NCBI RefSeq assembly: GCF_964355755.1
Contig: NC_092673.1
Location: 2,976,001 to 3,040,000 of the forward strand
Length of the DNA stretch: 64,000 bases
Direction: 5' to 3'
DNA from: Antedon mediterranea
Taxonomy: Eukaryota > Animalia > Echinodermata
Made by a program: the position numbers and the translations under genes. Shown piece after piece: positions 34,927-48,362 of this stretch (within the stretch, counting starts at the first letter, position 1; every line of letters starts with the position of its first letter). Below the pieces are notes generated by a model. It worked only from the letters and a program-made list of their open reading frames with translations. It was not told the DNA's origin and ran no database searches.

Positions 34927-37900
34927 TCAGAAATACAATTGCTTTGCTTCCGAAGGCGAAGATTCTATCGGACAATATGGACATTTTATTCTGAAAAGAA
35001 AATTATATTTACATTATAGAAATTAACCAGACCAAATGTTCTAAAGAAATATTTTTTTTTTTAGCTTACCGCTTAGTGGTTAACGCCTATGAGCGCTCAC
35101 TGGAAAAACCCAGGGGCCACACAGCATGAGGAACATTGGAGGGCCCCCTTAGGAGTATGAGCAGTCCAATATAACTACCCAGCGTTGGAGAGCCCCTTAA
35201 AGCTTGGTTCCCACTAGAACGTAACACAAGGACGTAAACGCAACGCAAGTGTTTTAAGCAATGAGAAGCGAAGTTATAGACAGTTAGCAATCACAAGCGA
35301 ATAAGCCATCGCTTGTGATTGGTCAATTCACTTGCGTTGCGTTACGTCCTCATGTTGCGTCGCTAGTGGGAACCACGCTTAAGAGTGCTCAAGCAGGGCC
35401 TTTGCCCTGTGCATTACACCACTGTTACCGTTACCTCTCTTCTTTGTAAATTGGCCTTTACAGGGGCAAAGAATACATTGCATCGGAAAGATAACTTACT
35501 TGTTGCCATTTGATAACTTGTTAAGTGAATCTCTTGATATAGCATGTCCACAAGCCAAACGCATAGCAGGATTATTCTCAGTACTTTGTTGACGTAGAAT
35601 TGGACATGCAAATAATGAATGATACCTGTACTCATTTCCCAAATCAATTTCAATCTTTAAAAAAATGAAAATAGCATAGGTTAGCTGACATTTTGGAAGG
35701 TGTTGGTGGTCGAAGTGTGGAGGTATACCGCCCTCCCCTTCACTATGGCTTATAAACAAATCAGTCTGTAAAGCGTGGTTCCCACTAGAACGCAATTCAA
35801 TGTAACGCAGCGACGTATCGACGCAAAGTGCTGTATTGCGTAATCACAAGTGGGAACCGACGACGTAACAGTGCGTCGCAAAGTGCTGTATTGTGTAATC
35901 ACAAGTGGGAACCGACAACGTAACAGTGCTGCAAACATCACTACAGGAAATCAAATCAGTTTGATTTCACGCAACAAAAAATGCAAGGCAAAAAAACACC
36001 GGAAAACATATACAGCGCATGCTCAAAAGTATGTGGGGTGAACCAGGTCAAAGTCTACGGCAGCTAACGTTGACAGGCAACAAGTAGACGGGGGCAAACA
36101 CAATTATTGGAATGGCATTTTGTTACGTTGCGTCGCTAGTGGGAACCACGCTTAAGACTAGTTAAGGCTATTGGGTTGTTTATCTTCGTCATCTTAACTT
36201 CCACAATCAACATACTAACAGAAGGCCTACTTGACAGTGGCTGTGTGTTAACTAGTACACTGGGGTAACCCCTTACTCGTCTCTAACAGATGTACTAGAT
36301 TCTTTAGAGTGCACAAAAGCTTTTTGTGGAAACTGAAACTATGGTTTATAGTCTGTATCTGAGAGCAACTAAGCTTCAAACACTTCAAAAATGTGATGTG
36401 CTCATATATGGACATGATGATCATATAACTACCATATTTGGGCACAGATCTTAAAACAACTTACAGGTAATTCATCATTCGAACACCACACTCCTGTACA
36501 CTGTCTTTGCTGCATAACATGTTTGATATTGTGTAATGCTGGAATAGCAGCACAACCTGCATTTAAACTAAAAGAAAAAAACAAGTTATATTAATCCAGA
36601 ATGCATGACCGTAGCGAGAGACGCGATGCTTTAAATGGTCTGCCTTATGCTGGCTACAGCCCTGGAATACCATTAACTTTCACACCAAATGTTCAGAGTT
36701 TTGAAAGTGCTATAATTATCATATACACATTTCAAATGAGTACAGACGACATACCTGACACTAAGTGGACTGTCTATAGAAAGTCCAAGAAGACTGCAAG
36801 CATCCCTGGTGAAGATGTCGCCAATCTCTAGCCAAGACACGGGATCGAGCAGGTGAACGTAAGGAGAGTTTTCTAGGCCTTGGCGAACAAACAGCAGACT
36901 ACCCATTAGTATTTGGAGCTCTAAAAAAAGAATTGGTATACATTCACTTACAATGTTTAAAGATGTATTGTCCCCCAAAAGCATGAAAAATGAAGATTAA
37001 TAAAATCAGACTTTTTGTTATTTTGTAGTTTTAATAAAGTTAATCACTTCCGTAGGGGAAAAAACCAAAAAATCATGTTTTTCAGGTAAATACATTTTTG
37101 TTTCGATCTAATTTTTGGTCAAAGTGGATAAATATTATGTTACATTAAAATGGCATATTCAACAAAAATTTTGTCAAGAATTATTTTTTCAGGGGGACAA
37201 CACATCTTTAACCAGGATGGTCGAAGTATCTATATTCATACATAGAGAACAAGTTTTTACCAAAAAAGTGGTCTCTAAAAAAAAGACATGTGAGATTTGT
37301 ATTTCAAACATGTCTACTCTGTCTACACTATCAAACTAGCTTGACAAAAAAAGTGTGATGTGCCCAAATAAGGTAATAATATGCTAAAATATGGTAGTGA
37401 TATGACATCATCATGTCTATATATGGGTACATCACACTTTTTTTTTCACATAAAGTTTGATAGTGTAGACTTACCTTGTTCATGTCGTTCAGCAAATGGT
37501 GCAAAATTTCTAGAATACACGAGAGCCTCAAGCTGTTTTTCAGGACCGCCTTTTAAAAGTTCAATAAACTTTAATCTGTGAAGCTTGAATTCTAATGATG
37601 ATCGTTGAGCTTCCAAGCGTTCACGGTGTAGAAATGTCCACCTGAAGAGAATATAAAACAAGAATTCATAATTTTAAAAGGTTTGATTGTCGCATTATGA
37701 AATGGAAAAAGAAACCTCACGAAGCTCTCACAACTGAATCAGTGATCAATTGAAGATTGGTTACATTGCTGTCACTCATCTTTAAATCTGTGTCACTCAT
37801 CTTAACTTTTTGCCACATCCTAAAGCTCTGTCTCCACTATCAAACTTTATGTGACAAAAAAGTATGATTTGGCCATATATGTCATATCAGTAACATATTT

Positions 37901-40225
37901 GGGCACGAAAGTAAAACAACGCTTCAATACGTTAGCTAAATTTTATAAGAGGGTATGTGCCAATATAACCAATTATGTTAGGTTTTAAAAGATATCAAAT
38001 TATGTTATGTTTAAAAAAGATATCTCTTTTAACCATAATTGTACATACATGTTATAAACACATTTTTTAAATATGTACTCTTTGTATATGTTTGTCATGA
38101 ATGGAATAATGAATAAAAGTGGGCTAAAGAGAAAAAAAAACATAATTGGGAACATCACATTTTTTTGTCACATAAAGTTTGATAGTGTGGACACAGCTTT
38201 ATAATTAGCTCCTATTTTGTCATCAACGTGCCGTTTTTGACATCCACCCTCAAGTTTGTATACTTACTGTAATGCTGGCTGTAAGTTCTTTTCTTTTAAT
38301 GCAGATAAAATGTGATTAATCTCTATAAATGGTTCTTTCATTTGGTTTTCTAAATCTAGTCCTGCATCCTAAGTAAATAAAAGAAAATGGAGGAATCATT
38401 GTCAAAGTAGGTTATTATTTAATATTCAGATAATTTAGTTTATGACTGGCAAAAATGAATTCTACATATGCCTTAAAAAATTGACTGAATATAGTAAAAG
38501 CATGGCTTAAGTTAGGCCTTAGTTAGGATTAGTCTGGTGGTAGTGCACTACATTTTCATAAAGGATAGACTACTGTACGAAATTTATATACCAAAGTTTT
38601 ACCAAAATATACCTTTCAACACATACATTTGCATCATGAAAATCATTTCAAATGATTACACTCCATAGTGGGCTTATACCAGTCAGATTAGAAAATGTTT
38701 AAAAATGAATTAATTATATTTAATTAATTATACGTACCACAGTAAGAGAATCTGCAATATCTAGCATTCCGTGGCGGAGAAAATGTTCACAGATGACCTC
38801 GTTTATAAGCTTAATTTTCTCGGGTGCATCCATTGTTGGGTCTTCTGACATGCTTGAAAGGTCACTGTAGAAATTCTGTTGTAACGAGACAAGATAGAAA
38901 TAATAAAAGGAAACTGAGTGAAGCACTTGGCAAAAGAGAAGAGGTTCACTACTTGATAGAAATAATAAAAGGAAACTGAGTGAAGCACTTGGCAAAAGAG
39001 AAGAGGTTCACTACTTGATAGAAATAATAAAAGGAAACTGAGTGAAGTACTTGGCAAAATATATCAGAGAAAAATATTCGGAGAGAGAGGGCTCACTACT
39101 TGATAGAAATAATAAAATTATAGTTAGGTGAAATGGTTAGTAATGTTTTACTAAAAGAATATTGAGTGGCAGAAGTTTGTTGAAATGGAGGAAAGCCAAA
39201 TCTGGATTACGAGTTTGGGATACATTTGCAATTGAAAAGGATTTGTTATTTCAGTGTTTATTGACAGAAACAAAATAAATACTAAACGCACTTTTAAATA
39301 TCCTATCAAATGTCTTGTGTCAGTTGGTTGGCAATAATTGTTGTTCAGTAATAATTGGGTCAATTATTATGTGACTAATAGGCAAAATATAAAATATATT
39401 AAAGTGAAAATGATATCAAGCACTAAATATATAGTTTTTATTAACCTTATCAATTGCTTTTCCAACTTTAGAAACACTGCTATGAAGTTCTTTATGATCA
39501 CTGCTAATTTTTGTTGTTATATCTTTAACTTTCTTCATTAAATCTTTAAGTAAAGACATGTGTTGACTTCCAATTTCCTCTTCTGTTGGACCTATAATAC
39601 AATAATTCAAAATTTCAGTAGTTTATAATTAAATATATCAGTTCAATAATTTGGTACATTACTATTGTTGTAAGGTGTCTTTCTCCAGACAAGAAAGACC
39701 AATTTTATATGTTCTAGACCTAGGCCCTAGCCTAGGCCTTCTTAATTAATTAAATATTTCTTGTTTATTTTAGTGAAAGTAAAACATGGAACTCAAATAC
39801 GGCTACTATGTCAGTGATGGTATTGGTGAAATAATAATTTGGACAAACTTGGTAATTCCTAAGGCCTTGCTCTAGCTACGAGTATCCTACTTAGCCTACC
39901 CTATAAGGTAGCTAGTACGTAGTGCCTGGCCTCTAGCCTACTAGGCCTATACTATTCAGGGCATAGGATTGGCACTAGGCCTAGCCTACCTCCTAGGCTG
40001 TCCGCCTACTCTAGCTAGCTAGACTTGCTAGGCCTAACTAGCTAGGCCTTAAGGGCATCATTGAAACAGCACTATATAGGTATACTCACATTGCATTAAT
40101 TCTTCTTGAATCTCTTGTAAATTCTGAAGAAGTAAATCTGTCTCTTTATCAGCGTAATTGTTGACAACATTGAATTTTCCAAGGACTTTGTCCACTTCCC
40201 TTTCGACAGTAAGACAAGCATCCAT
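34927..40225 (-). CDS. RMND5A: CTLH/GID complex RING E3 ligase subunit RMND5 (Gid2), 391 aa
   Basis: 9 exons: 40225-40090, 39591-39446, 38875-38738, 38368-38268, 37641-37475, 36920-36755, 36567-36465, 35654-35500, 34990-34927 (1176 nt). Motifs [66 protein letters not shown]. Likely pro-ortholog of RMND5A/B. Confidence 0.96.
35200..35380. mobile_element. MITE family B, short form
   Basis: AAGCTTGGTTCCCACTAG...CTAGTGGGAACCACGCTT. Confidence 0.85.
35771..36153. mobile_element. MITE family B, long form
   Basis: AGCGTGGTTCCCACTAG...CTAGTGGGAACCACGCT; internal sequence shared with 16212-16510. Confidence 0.85.
36230..36350 (-). mobile_element. SINE fragment with Deu/Nin-like domain
   Basis: Reverse complement matches 56190-56270 (GTGCACT.TAAAGAA.CTAGTACATCT...GACGAGTA...ACCCC.GTGTACTAGT). 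Confidence 0.6.
36961..37207. mobile_element. Non-autonomous TTAA-specific DNA transposon (Kolobok-like)
   Basis: TTAA|AGATGTATTGTCCCC...GGGGACAACACATCT|TTAA; a related fragment lies near 18715-18780. Confidence 0.75.
37316..37470. mobile_element. MITE family A abutting the RMND5 exon 5 splice donor
   Basis: The truncated TIR GATAGTGTAGAC is directly followed by TTAC (the donor GTAA on the minus strand). Confidence 0.85.
38893..39117. repeat. 62-bp tandem repeat (~3 copies) in RMND5 intron 2
   Basis: GATAGAAATAATAAAA recurs at 38893, 38955, 39017 and 39102. Confidence 0.9.
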
Positions 40226-41093
40226 TTTCGACTGAGAGTTAACCACCAAAACAAAGAATTTTCAGCTGGTGTAAATAGAGGGGGTAGTTCACATTTTTAG
40301 CAAAAACTTTTTTAATAGTAAACATTTTTTCAGTCTCAAAAAGCGGTAACTTTAAACAAATATTTCTTCATACTGCAATATCGTTTATCAAGGTTTCTAT
40401 ATTATTTTACAAATACAGTAATAGATATACAAAGAATTTCTCGTTTTGCAACATTTTACTCTGTAGAACACCACGTTTTAAAGGGATTTTAACTTTCACT
40501 TTCTGATGTCTCATCGATAATGTGTACATTTTTTGGTTGTATGTATAACTATAATAATTTGCTGTTTAGTGTGATGTGTGATTGACGTACCGTGACTGTG
40601 GGGGAGTTAGTGATTGTTGCGAGTTATGTAAAGCAACAACTAATTATTGGATGAATTCAAATGACATAAATTATTTTTCATTTTGGACAGCTGCTCTGTT
40701 ATTTAAACATAAAAAGTTCTAATAAGCAATTTCCACAAACACTAGTGTTTACTTATGATGTGACAAGTCTGTTTAGGAGGGAACATTTTACTATATAGTT
40801 GTCTAACATTTTAATTTGCGTCATAAACGTGGTTATAAACCATGTAAATTGTATGTTTCAAAATTCAATTATTATATAGGAAATGAATAACGTGTTATGA
40901 TACCTACCTACCTATCTTGTCATCATCTGCCATATGGCAGGTCCATGACAGTATTCTTTCACCATTTTATTTCTCTATTTAGTGCTTCGTCTTTGTTATG
41001 ATAGTTTATTAAAATACATCACCGATAAGTGCCAAACAGTTATTACCATGTAAGCTAAATAGACCTACGTACTTGAAACTTTATACACACAAC

Positions 41094-42493
41094 ATGGAAT
41101 GGATCGTACAGTTACGTGGAGGTGACTCCCAAAGAGGGCAAGGCATGCCACCAGGGCAAGGCATGCCCCCAGTGCCACCGGCTAACGCGAGCGAAAGCAC
41201 GTTACCTGCTCGTGGCGGGGAAGATGGTGTGTTACCCAGAGCCAGGCCAGGTGGTCGGCAAGAGCTTAGCCATGTTTTACCAATCACGGTCTTTGCTTTA
41301 GGCTTAACTGCCAACTGTATCGCTATCATTTTTCTTCGAAAGGCATTCAAGAAACGTAAAGAAGAAAATCACATCATTTTACTTCTTATTCTGTTAATGG
41401 TCGATCTGTTCTGTTTATTTGCCAATTTTGTTTATTCAATATTCCTTACCAAAAACGTTATGGAATATGATTTCAATCTTCACTGTAATATTTTCATATT
41501 TATGATTTACCTGTTCCCATTGGCATCGGGATCCATCTCAACATTGATGTCCATTGAGCGATGTGTCGCGCTTTCGTTTCCTTACCGCTACGTGAAATAT
41601 TTTCAACCCAAGAAAACAAAGTTATACGCATTGGCTACACTAATTCTGATGACGCTCGTATGTGCTTTGCCCTATGTTGGTATTGGTAGTTACTACGATG
41701 CCTCTAATACAAAACGTAACAAGTCGCCAAGTCGACGGCACTTAGACGCTTCCGTACGTAACTGTAAACTCGTCTACAAATCAAGTGATCCTGTTGTCTA
41801 CGATATACATTTGGCATTATACAGTTTTTGTGGTTGGTCAGAAGTTATTATCGGTGCAATTTGCAATACTAAGGTGGTATACGAGATATATAAGATATCT
41901 AAAATACCGGTGGTAACTGCAATGGAGAAGAAATCGAAGAAGAACGTCATAAAAACGCAGAGCAACTTCGCAATTACTGTTACGGCAATCACTCTTGGAT
42001 TCACCATTTGCTGGGTTCCTTGGCTGGTAAGTTGATTGTCCTTGAAAGAACTTTCAGCTTTCATTATCTTTATAAATATAATATTAATACAGTCGAATAG
42101 CTCTTTTGGGACGACAAGCCCTGTTATTAAGTGAACGCTTTGTTTGGTCTGGGAGGTGTTCTTGTATAAGGTGCAATGAAAACAACAAGCCAATATGACA
42201 TAATAATTAAATTAAAATCATTATAAGTTTAATTATTAATCCTGTAAACAACATTTATTTCAACAAAATACCAAAAGTCCTGAATTTTATTCTTTCAGGT
42301 TATATTGGTCATGCTAAAAGCCGGTGTATATGTTGATAAAGAAACAATAAGATATGCGTCACAGATGACATTGGTAAACCACGCTATTGACCCTGCCGTG
42401 TATGTTTTAACGCGGCCTTTTATATATGCGTTTATAGGCACAAACATTCGCAACTTGTCTTGTTTTAAAAACGTTGTTCATCCGTTAAACTAG
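41094..42493 (+). CDS. Prostanoid-receptor-like GPCR (EP-type)
   Basis: Exons 41094-42026 and 42299-42493. MSIERCVALSFPYRY, ALPYVGIGSY, ICWVPW followed by an intron at the end of TM6, and DPAVY (DPxxY) in TM7 are all typical of prostanoid receptors. Confidence 0.82.
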
Positions 42494-42985
42494 TAGGACA
42501 GATAGCAGATATTGGTCGTGTCGTATATGTTTTAACGCGGCCGTTTATATATACGTTTATAGGAGCAAAGGTTCTCAACGTAGTTCATCCATCCATTAGA
42601 CACGTAGGAGGACAGATGGCAGTCATTGGACGTGCCGTACGAGATAACATCATTGCGTATATAAGACAGTTTGTGTAGAGTGGTGTGTAGGCCTATACAT
42701 AGACTTGGACCTAAGCAGTTAATTAGTTAGATAGATGTGATTTTTCATTTGGAATCTTCACACCTAGGCCTAGATAGTTCTGATAGTAAAGTATCATAGC
42801 CTACCAAAGTGAATTTCCACTAGGCCTACCACTGATTATACTCGATGCCCTGCCACTATTCTCTCCTCAGTCTGCTGGCTAAAATTAGAAGCAGAGTAGC
42901 GCACGTGCTAGCTAGGGCTAGACCTAGCCTAGAGGCCAGAGAAAAGATACCAAAAAGTCGTATAAACAAAACCATAGCATACATA

Positions 42986-43786
42986 TGTTATGCGCGATTT
43001 GAACGATTTGCGCAATTTGAAATTGCGCAAGTTGATTGCGCAATTTGAAATTGCGCAAAGAATTCTTGCGCAATTTAAAATTGCGCAAGGATTTTTTTGC
43101 GCAATTTCAAATTGCGCAATCAACTTGCGCAATTTCAAATTGCGCAAGAAAATCTTTGCGCAATTTTAAATTGCGCTGCACAATTTGTAAATTGCGCAAG
43201 ATAGTTCTTGCGCAATATGACACCTTTGCGCAATTTGAAAACGAACTGTAAATTTTCCCATACATGGCTAGGCTAGGCCTAGGCAGAGGAGTTTAAAATG
43301 TAGTATTTTATTATATAAATAAGACCATTTCAATGAAGATAATGTTTAATACTCACTTTTTAAGTTTTTAATATTAGTTTAAGCTAGGCCATGTAACCTA
43401 GTCAGTATCAGTAGTCCAGACCCTAGCTAGGCTAGAGTAGTAGGCTATAGCCGGCCGCCCGCGCCGCGCCCGCCTGGTGGAACACCACCGCTTCATTTTC
43501 CTTCGTCGGTTCTTCGACGGTATGCTAACTTATAACAATATTTGCACTACTAAAATAAGGAAATGCGATATTTATCTTTAATTTTGAATCATTCTTAGAA
43601 ATTACTATAAAAATATGGGTGTGCATGATTTCACAATCTGTCGAAAAACCTTGCGCAATTTGCAGATTACTTGCGCAATTTAATACGTTGCTTGCGCAAT
43701 TTGAAACACATGTTTCAATTCAAATTGCGCAAGGATTTTTTTTGCGCAATTTCAAATTGCGCAAATCGTTCAAATCGCGCATAACA
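42986..43786. mobile_element. Non-autonomous Ginger-like DNA transposon, copy 3
   Basis: Same TIRs; perfect 4-bp target-site duplication CATA (42982-42985 / 43787-43790). Confidence 0.88.
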
Positions 43787-44407
43787 CATACTTACGTGTT
43801 TGTATGCTAACGTCTTTTTGCTGTATATATTGTATTGTAATGTGTAGTCATTTGATTGTAATGATAGTAAGTCTAATAATAAGTACAGTAAAGTCAGAGT
43901 TAAGGTCCCTCTGTTGTTGTGTCGATCATGCAACATATCTTGCATCGTCACGCCTCATACCGCCAACAGCTGCTCACGCATCTGATTGGTCAAAACTTTC
44001 AACTAATCAGATCAGTTCTAGTCGATCTGACCGCCGAACGCGCTCAGCATGCAATTTCTCTCTCCTGGTGGTAAAACAGTAGATGTCTGATTTGATCAGC
44101 CCAAATCCAAGAGAAAATCATATTACATAAACCAATTCCAGTCAGTATACAAGAATAAACATTTAATATTTTTGTATAACAGTTCTATAGTAATTTACTA
44201 TATCATTGCAGAAATATGTTTCTTCGCTAGGTCATTTGTGAACCTGACCTGACCTATCTCACTTTTAGGCCTACACTTTATTATGATCCTGTTGCGTCTA
44301 GCTGCATTTCGGACAGTGCTTCGTGTGAATTTGAAGTTAAAATTGTTATACACAAAAACATTTTAGCCAAAAAAGAATTTCAATATAAAAAAATGGGTAT
44401 TATATGA

Positions 44408-46118
44408 TCATAGTTCATTCGGGTCATGTTTTATCTCATGTTGACATTTTGTTCGTTGACGCTTCATTTCCTTTGAGCAGCCCGACTCATCCGAATGGTC
44501 TACACAATCCGCCTTGTCATTACATCGTCTGCAATCCTCTATACACATACCATCATCGCATTGGAATTTTTCCATAGGTTTTCCGTGTAATATTTTCCCT
44601 TCGAAACCTGTATCACAGTACTCTGCAATGAATTTAATATGGAGTATAGTGTGGAGTCTAATGCACTGCTTATTAGGTCCTACTATCAAACTTTATGTAA
44701 CTAAAATGTGCCCATTATATAGACACGTCATATCACTACAATATTTGGCCATATCACTACCATATTTAGGCACATCACACTATTATTGTCAAACTAGTTT
44801 GATAGTGTAGACAGAGCTTTATCGAAGGCGATATATGTGACAATTTATTTATTGTACAACATACATATACATATTATAGTAGTATTTAGATGTTGTCAAT
44901 CTATTCAGTATGCCAAACATGGCTATTATAAGTGTTCAAGCATGCGCAGTATTAAATAATAAGAAGCAGGTCTATTGTTGTTGTTATTTCTTGTTTCAAA
45001 TACTGTGGGCCTATACTTATAGATTTCATCACGACACGGCGATAATTGTTTGTTCCTATTATTTACATTTTAAAGAAATATCTCCGTTCCATCATTTATA
45101 AAGGTTGTTTTACATGCCATCTTATATAAGCCTAATACTTGCCTTCACAACAGTACCGCCGTTCAGAAGCGACGCTAATCAACACTTCCTAACCCAACCC
45201 CCGATCAAATATAGTTCTACAGTGTTTAGGCTCGGTGAAAGACAAGAACAATATTCTTACCTGCATGTTGTTGTTGACAGTGGTCCTCGTCACTGCCATC
45301 CTGACAGTCTACAATTGAATCACATTCAAATTTTGGATTAATGCAATGAGGGACACCTTTCTCGAAGGTGGTACAACGAAAGTGTTTCATTTCCAACTTC
45401 TCATAGTCCTCGCATGTCTCTAAAAACGAAAATGTAATCACAATAATGTTGCAGTATAATATCGTTCAATAGTGCGTACTATTGCACGCCATGTGACCCA
45501 CAATCATCCGATCAAATGACAGGAATTTATTTAGGTATTATATAAAATATACGATTATACTATGAAGATGGTACCATTGTTATCATCACACAGGTATCTG
45601 AAGTGTGATCTAGACACTCGACGGGATGATGAGCTCCGGAGTTTAAAGGGTTTATCTGTGACTGTGGCACGAATCACAATCAGTTCTACGCGCACGCCAC
45701 GGAGAATATGTACATATTATAGTACAGTACAGTTAGTAATTGTCGCAGCCAGACATAATATCAAAAGAATTTTACAAGTTCCTATCATGGCAAGGCGAGC
45801 TCAGTGTCCTGTGGTTAGATTGCCTTGGTGTGATCGATCCTTGTATGCTGACAAGAATGCGATTATAAATGATGATTGTGGCAATAGACATTTATTTTAG
45901 ATTATTCATCCATGGTAATACACCGACATTCTAAGCACACAATACCATTTATACAATTATGTTAATGTGTTTTAAAAGTCTCCATCCAACAACAAAAAAT
46001 GTTCTGGTCTTTATACAGAAAATAAACACTTAAATGTACCTGGTCCTTTGTGGTGAGTTGTTGAGCCTACGATTACAACATAGAAGCAGAAGAACACTGG
46101 TAATATATACTTCTTCAT
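44408..46118 (-). CDS. Small secreted protein with two LDL-receptor class A domains (~150 aa)
   Basis: Exons 46118-46040 (signal peptide MKKYILPVFFCFYVVIVGS), 45419-45261 (FRC...CI...CDSIVDCQDGSDE) and 44622-44408 (FQCDDGMCI...CNDKADCVDHSDE), joined by phase-1 introns. A probable non-coding exon ends at ~46556. Confidence 0.82.
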
Positions 46119-46959
46119 TGTGTTTAATATAGCTTCTACTTTTGGGCCTATGGAGAATAAAATCACGTCAGCTCTTTATTTTAAAATAGATCTTAAGCTC
46201 TGTCTACACTATCAAACTTTATGTGACAAAAAAATGTGATGTGTCCATATATGGACATATCACTACCATAATTGGGAACATTATACTTTTTTAGTCAAAT
46301 AGATAGTGTAGCTTTAGATGCGTCCAATATGACGGCTCTAATATAATGTTCTTCGCCAATGTTTTTTAAACGACTACGCCTATGGCTCACCCATGGGTGC
46401 ATATATTCATGGTAAGCCTGACTCTCTTAATGGCTATTTTTCACCATGCTTTACTTGACATTCAAAAGTTTTAAGTCGAGGGTCCTTCTAAGTTTATCGA
46501 TACCCAGAAAGACATGTTTTATTTCTAAATAATATAACATAAAAGTTACACTTACCGTGTGTACGTCGTGGAAGCAGGTACTTAAATGAAGCGTTTCGAT
46601 GTGCTTTGATTCAGAAGGAAGGCCATTCTTTTCTTTGTATAAGAATTGTTTTTATTCAACGGTTGATTGCATCGTTAAGAGAACAAAACAAACCAAAAGA
46701 GTCTCATTCAATACTATTTATGAAAGCCACGTTGGCTTAACTAATACCGCAGTAACCACCGCAGTCCCTCCCTCGTTTATGGATTTCTAAGCCTGTTCGT
46801 AGTAAAACTATTGTGATCATATAGGTCTAGAAGTTATTGATTGTTTTATATAAGAACGTATTTATTAAAAAATTTGGGTAAAACATTTAAGATGAACAAA
46901 CATAAAACAAAATCCTACGAAAGCCACTCAGTAACAGTCGTAATTCCGTTTATTGTTAT

Positions 46960-47133
46960 TTTGTTTGAATGGATTATTATTTCATTTGAATGGATTGTTA
47001 ATTCGTTTGAACGAATTGTTCGTGTGAACGGATTGTTAATTCGCTTAAACGAATTGTTCGTTTGAACGGATTGTTCGTTTGAACGGAGTGTTAATTCGTT
47101 TGAACGGATTGTTAATTCGTTTAATGAACGGAT
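46960..47133. repeat. ~21-bp degenerate tandem repeat
   Basis: Unit TTCGTTTGAACGGATTGTTAA and variants. Confidence 0.75.
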
Positions 47134-48057
47134 GATGATAACGATAACGCTAATACAGTCTATGTTACAACGCGATGCGGACGAACGGTTTCTCATAATA
47201 GATACAGATTCTACGTAGGACAAGCTACGCGGTTTTCTGTTTACCGCTCGTCTGTGTAAATTGGCATTTAGGCTATAATACCGCAATTCATGGCAACTGC
47301 AAGAGGAGAGTGTAGTTAATGGAATGTTTATGGTGTAAATTATGTTGACTATGTATTCATATAAGACACCTTTCTTTTAAAAATCATCACCACTATCTCA
47401 CTGTTGGTCGAGTAGAGTAGAACAATTCTAAATCTAACAGCAAACGCATAGTGTTAACATGTTATTGCATTTCGAAAAATATAAAACGTTCAATTAATAT
47501 TAATAAAGAGGGAACAGTAATGCATTCAACAGTAAGACATTAATAATTACGGAATATAGTTTTAATTATTAAAGTCATTTGATTTAATATGTGTTTAATA
47601 AATGTTCACCAATTTAGGCCTAGCCTAATCGATACTTGCAGCATTACAGTATTCATTGAGGGAAAGGCAAGAGTTATTACATTACGTAGTTCCCAGAGTT
47701 GCATTCAATAAATACTCATTATTTTACCATTGAATTGAAACTGATTTGCTGTTTTTGAGGTTAAAAATTTAATTCACAGACATTGCAGTCGATAAATATT
47801 CATTACCATACAACTGCGGCACTTTTATCCGGTATGTTAGAGTCACAGCATATTTCGTGACGTCATGTATACGAAGTGGATGGAAACAATGTGAACACAT
47901 ACTATTGTAAAATAGCTATTGCACAATGATAACGGTAATAATAAATATGCCAATTTGTTTCAAATAAAGTTATAATAATAAAGCTGAAATGCATATCGTA
48001 AGAGATTCAAGAAATGTTATTGGTCCACTTTAAAATGGAAATTTGTTTTGCTTGGCA

Positions 48058-48362
48058 TAAAAAAAAGATTTATATAGCGCCTAATGTAATGAAACCTCTA
48101 AGCGCTGAACATTATTACCCCAGTAATTTTTTTAGGGATCAAACACGTATGGAAACATACTTCCATAATGCAGCTAGTAATCAGCGCAAAGTTGTGTCTT
48201 GATCTAACCGTACCCATTTATACACCTGGGTGGAGAGAGGCAAACGCAAGTAAAGTATCTTGCCTAAGGATACAAGCAATGCGGCGAGAGTTGGATTCGA
48301 ACCTCGGTCTCACGATCAGTAGTCCAACGTCCAACACACTGCGCCACACGCCAACACGCCTC
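48058..48362 (-). mobile_element. Full-length tRNA-derived SINE (CORE-like centre, L2-like tail)
   Basis: Minus strand has A box TGGCGCAGTGTG, B box GGTTCGAATCC, centre CCTTAGGCAAGATACTT...CCACCCAGGTGTATAAATGGGTAC and tail GCGCTATATAAAT. Confidence 0.8.

Noticed and set aside
48280-48362. Possible tRNA gene
   Set aside because: A and B boxes are present but lead into a SINE body and tail; no proper acceptor stem.
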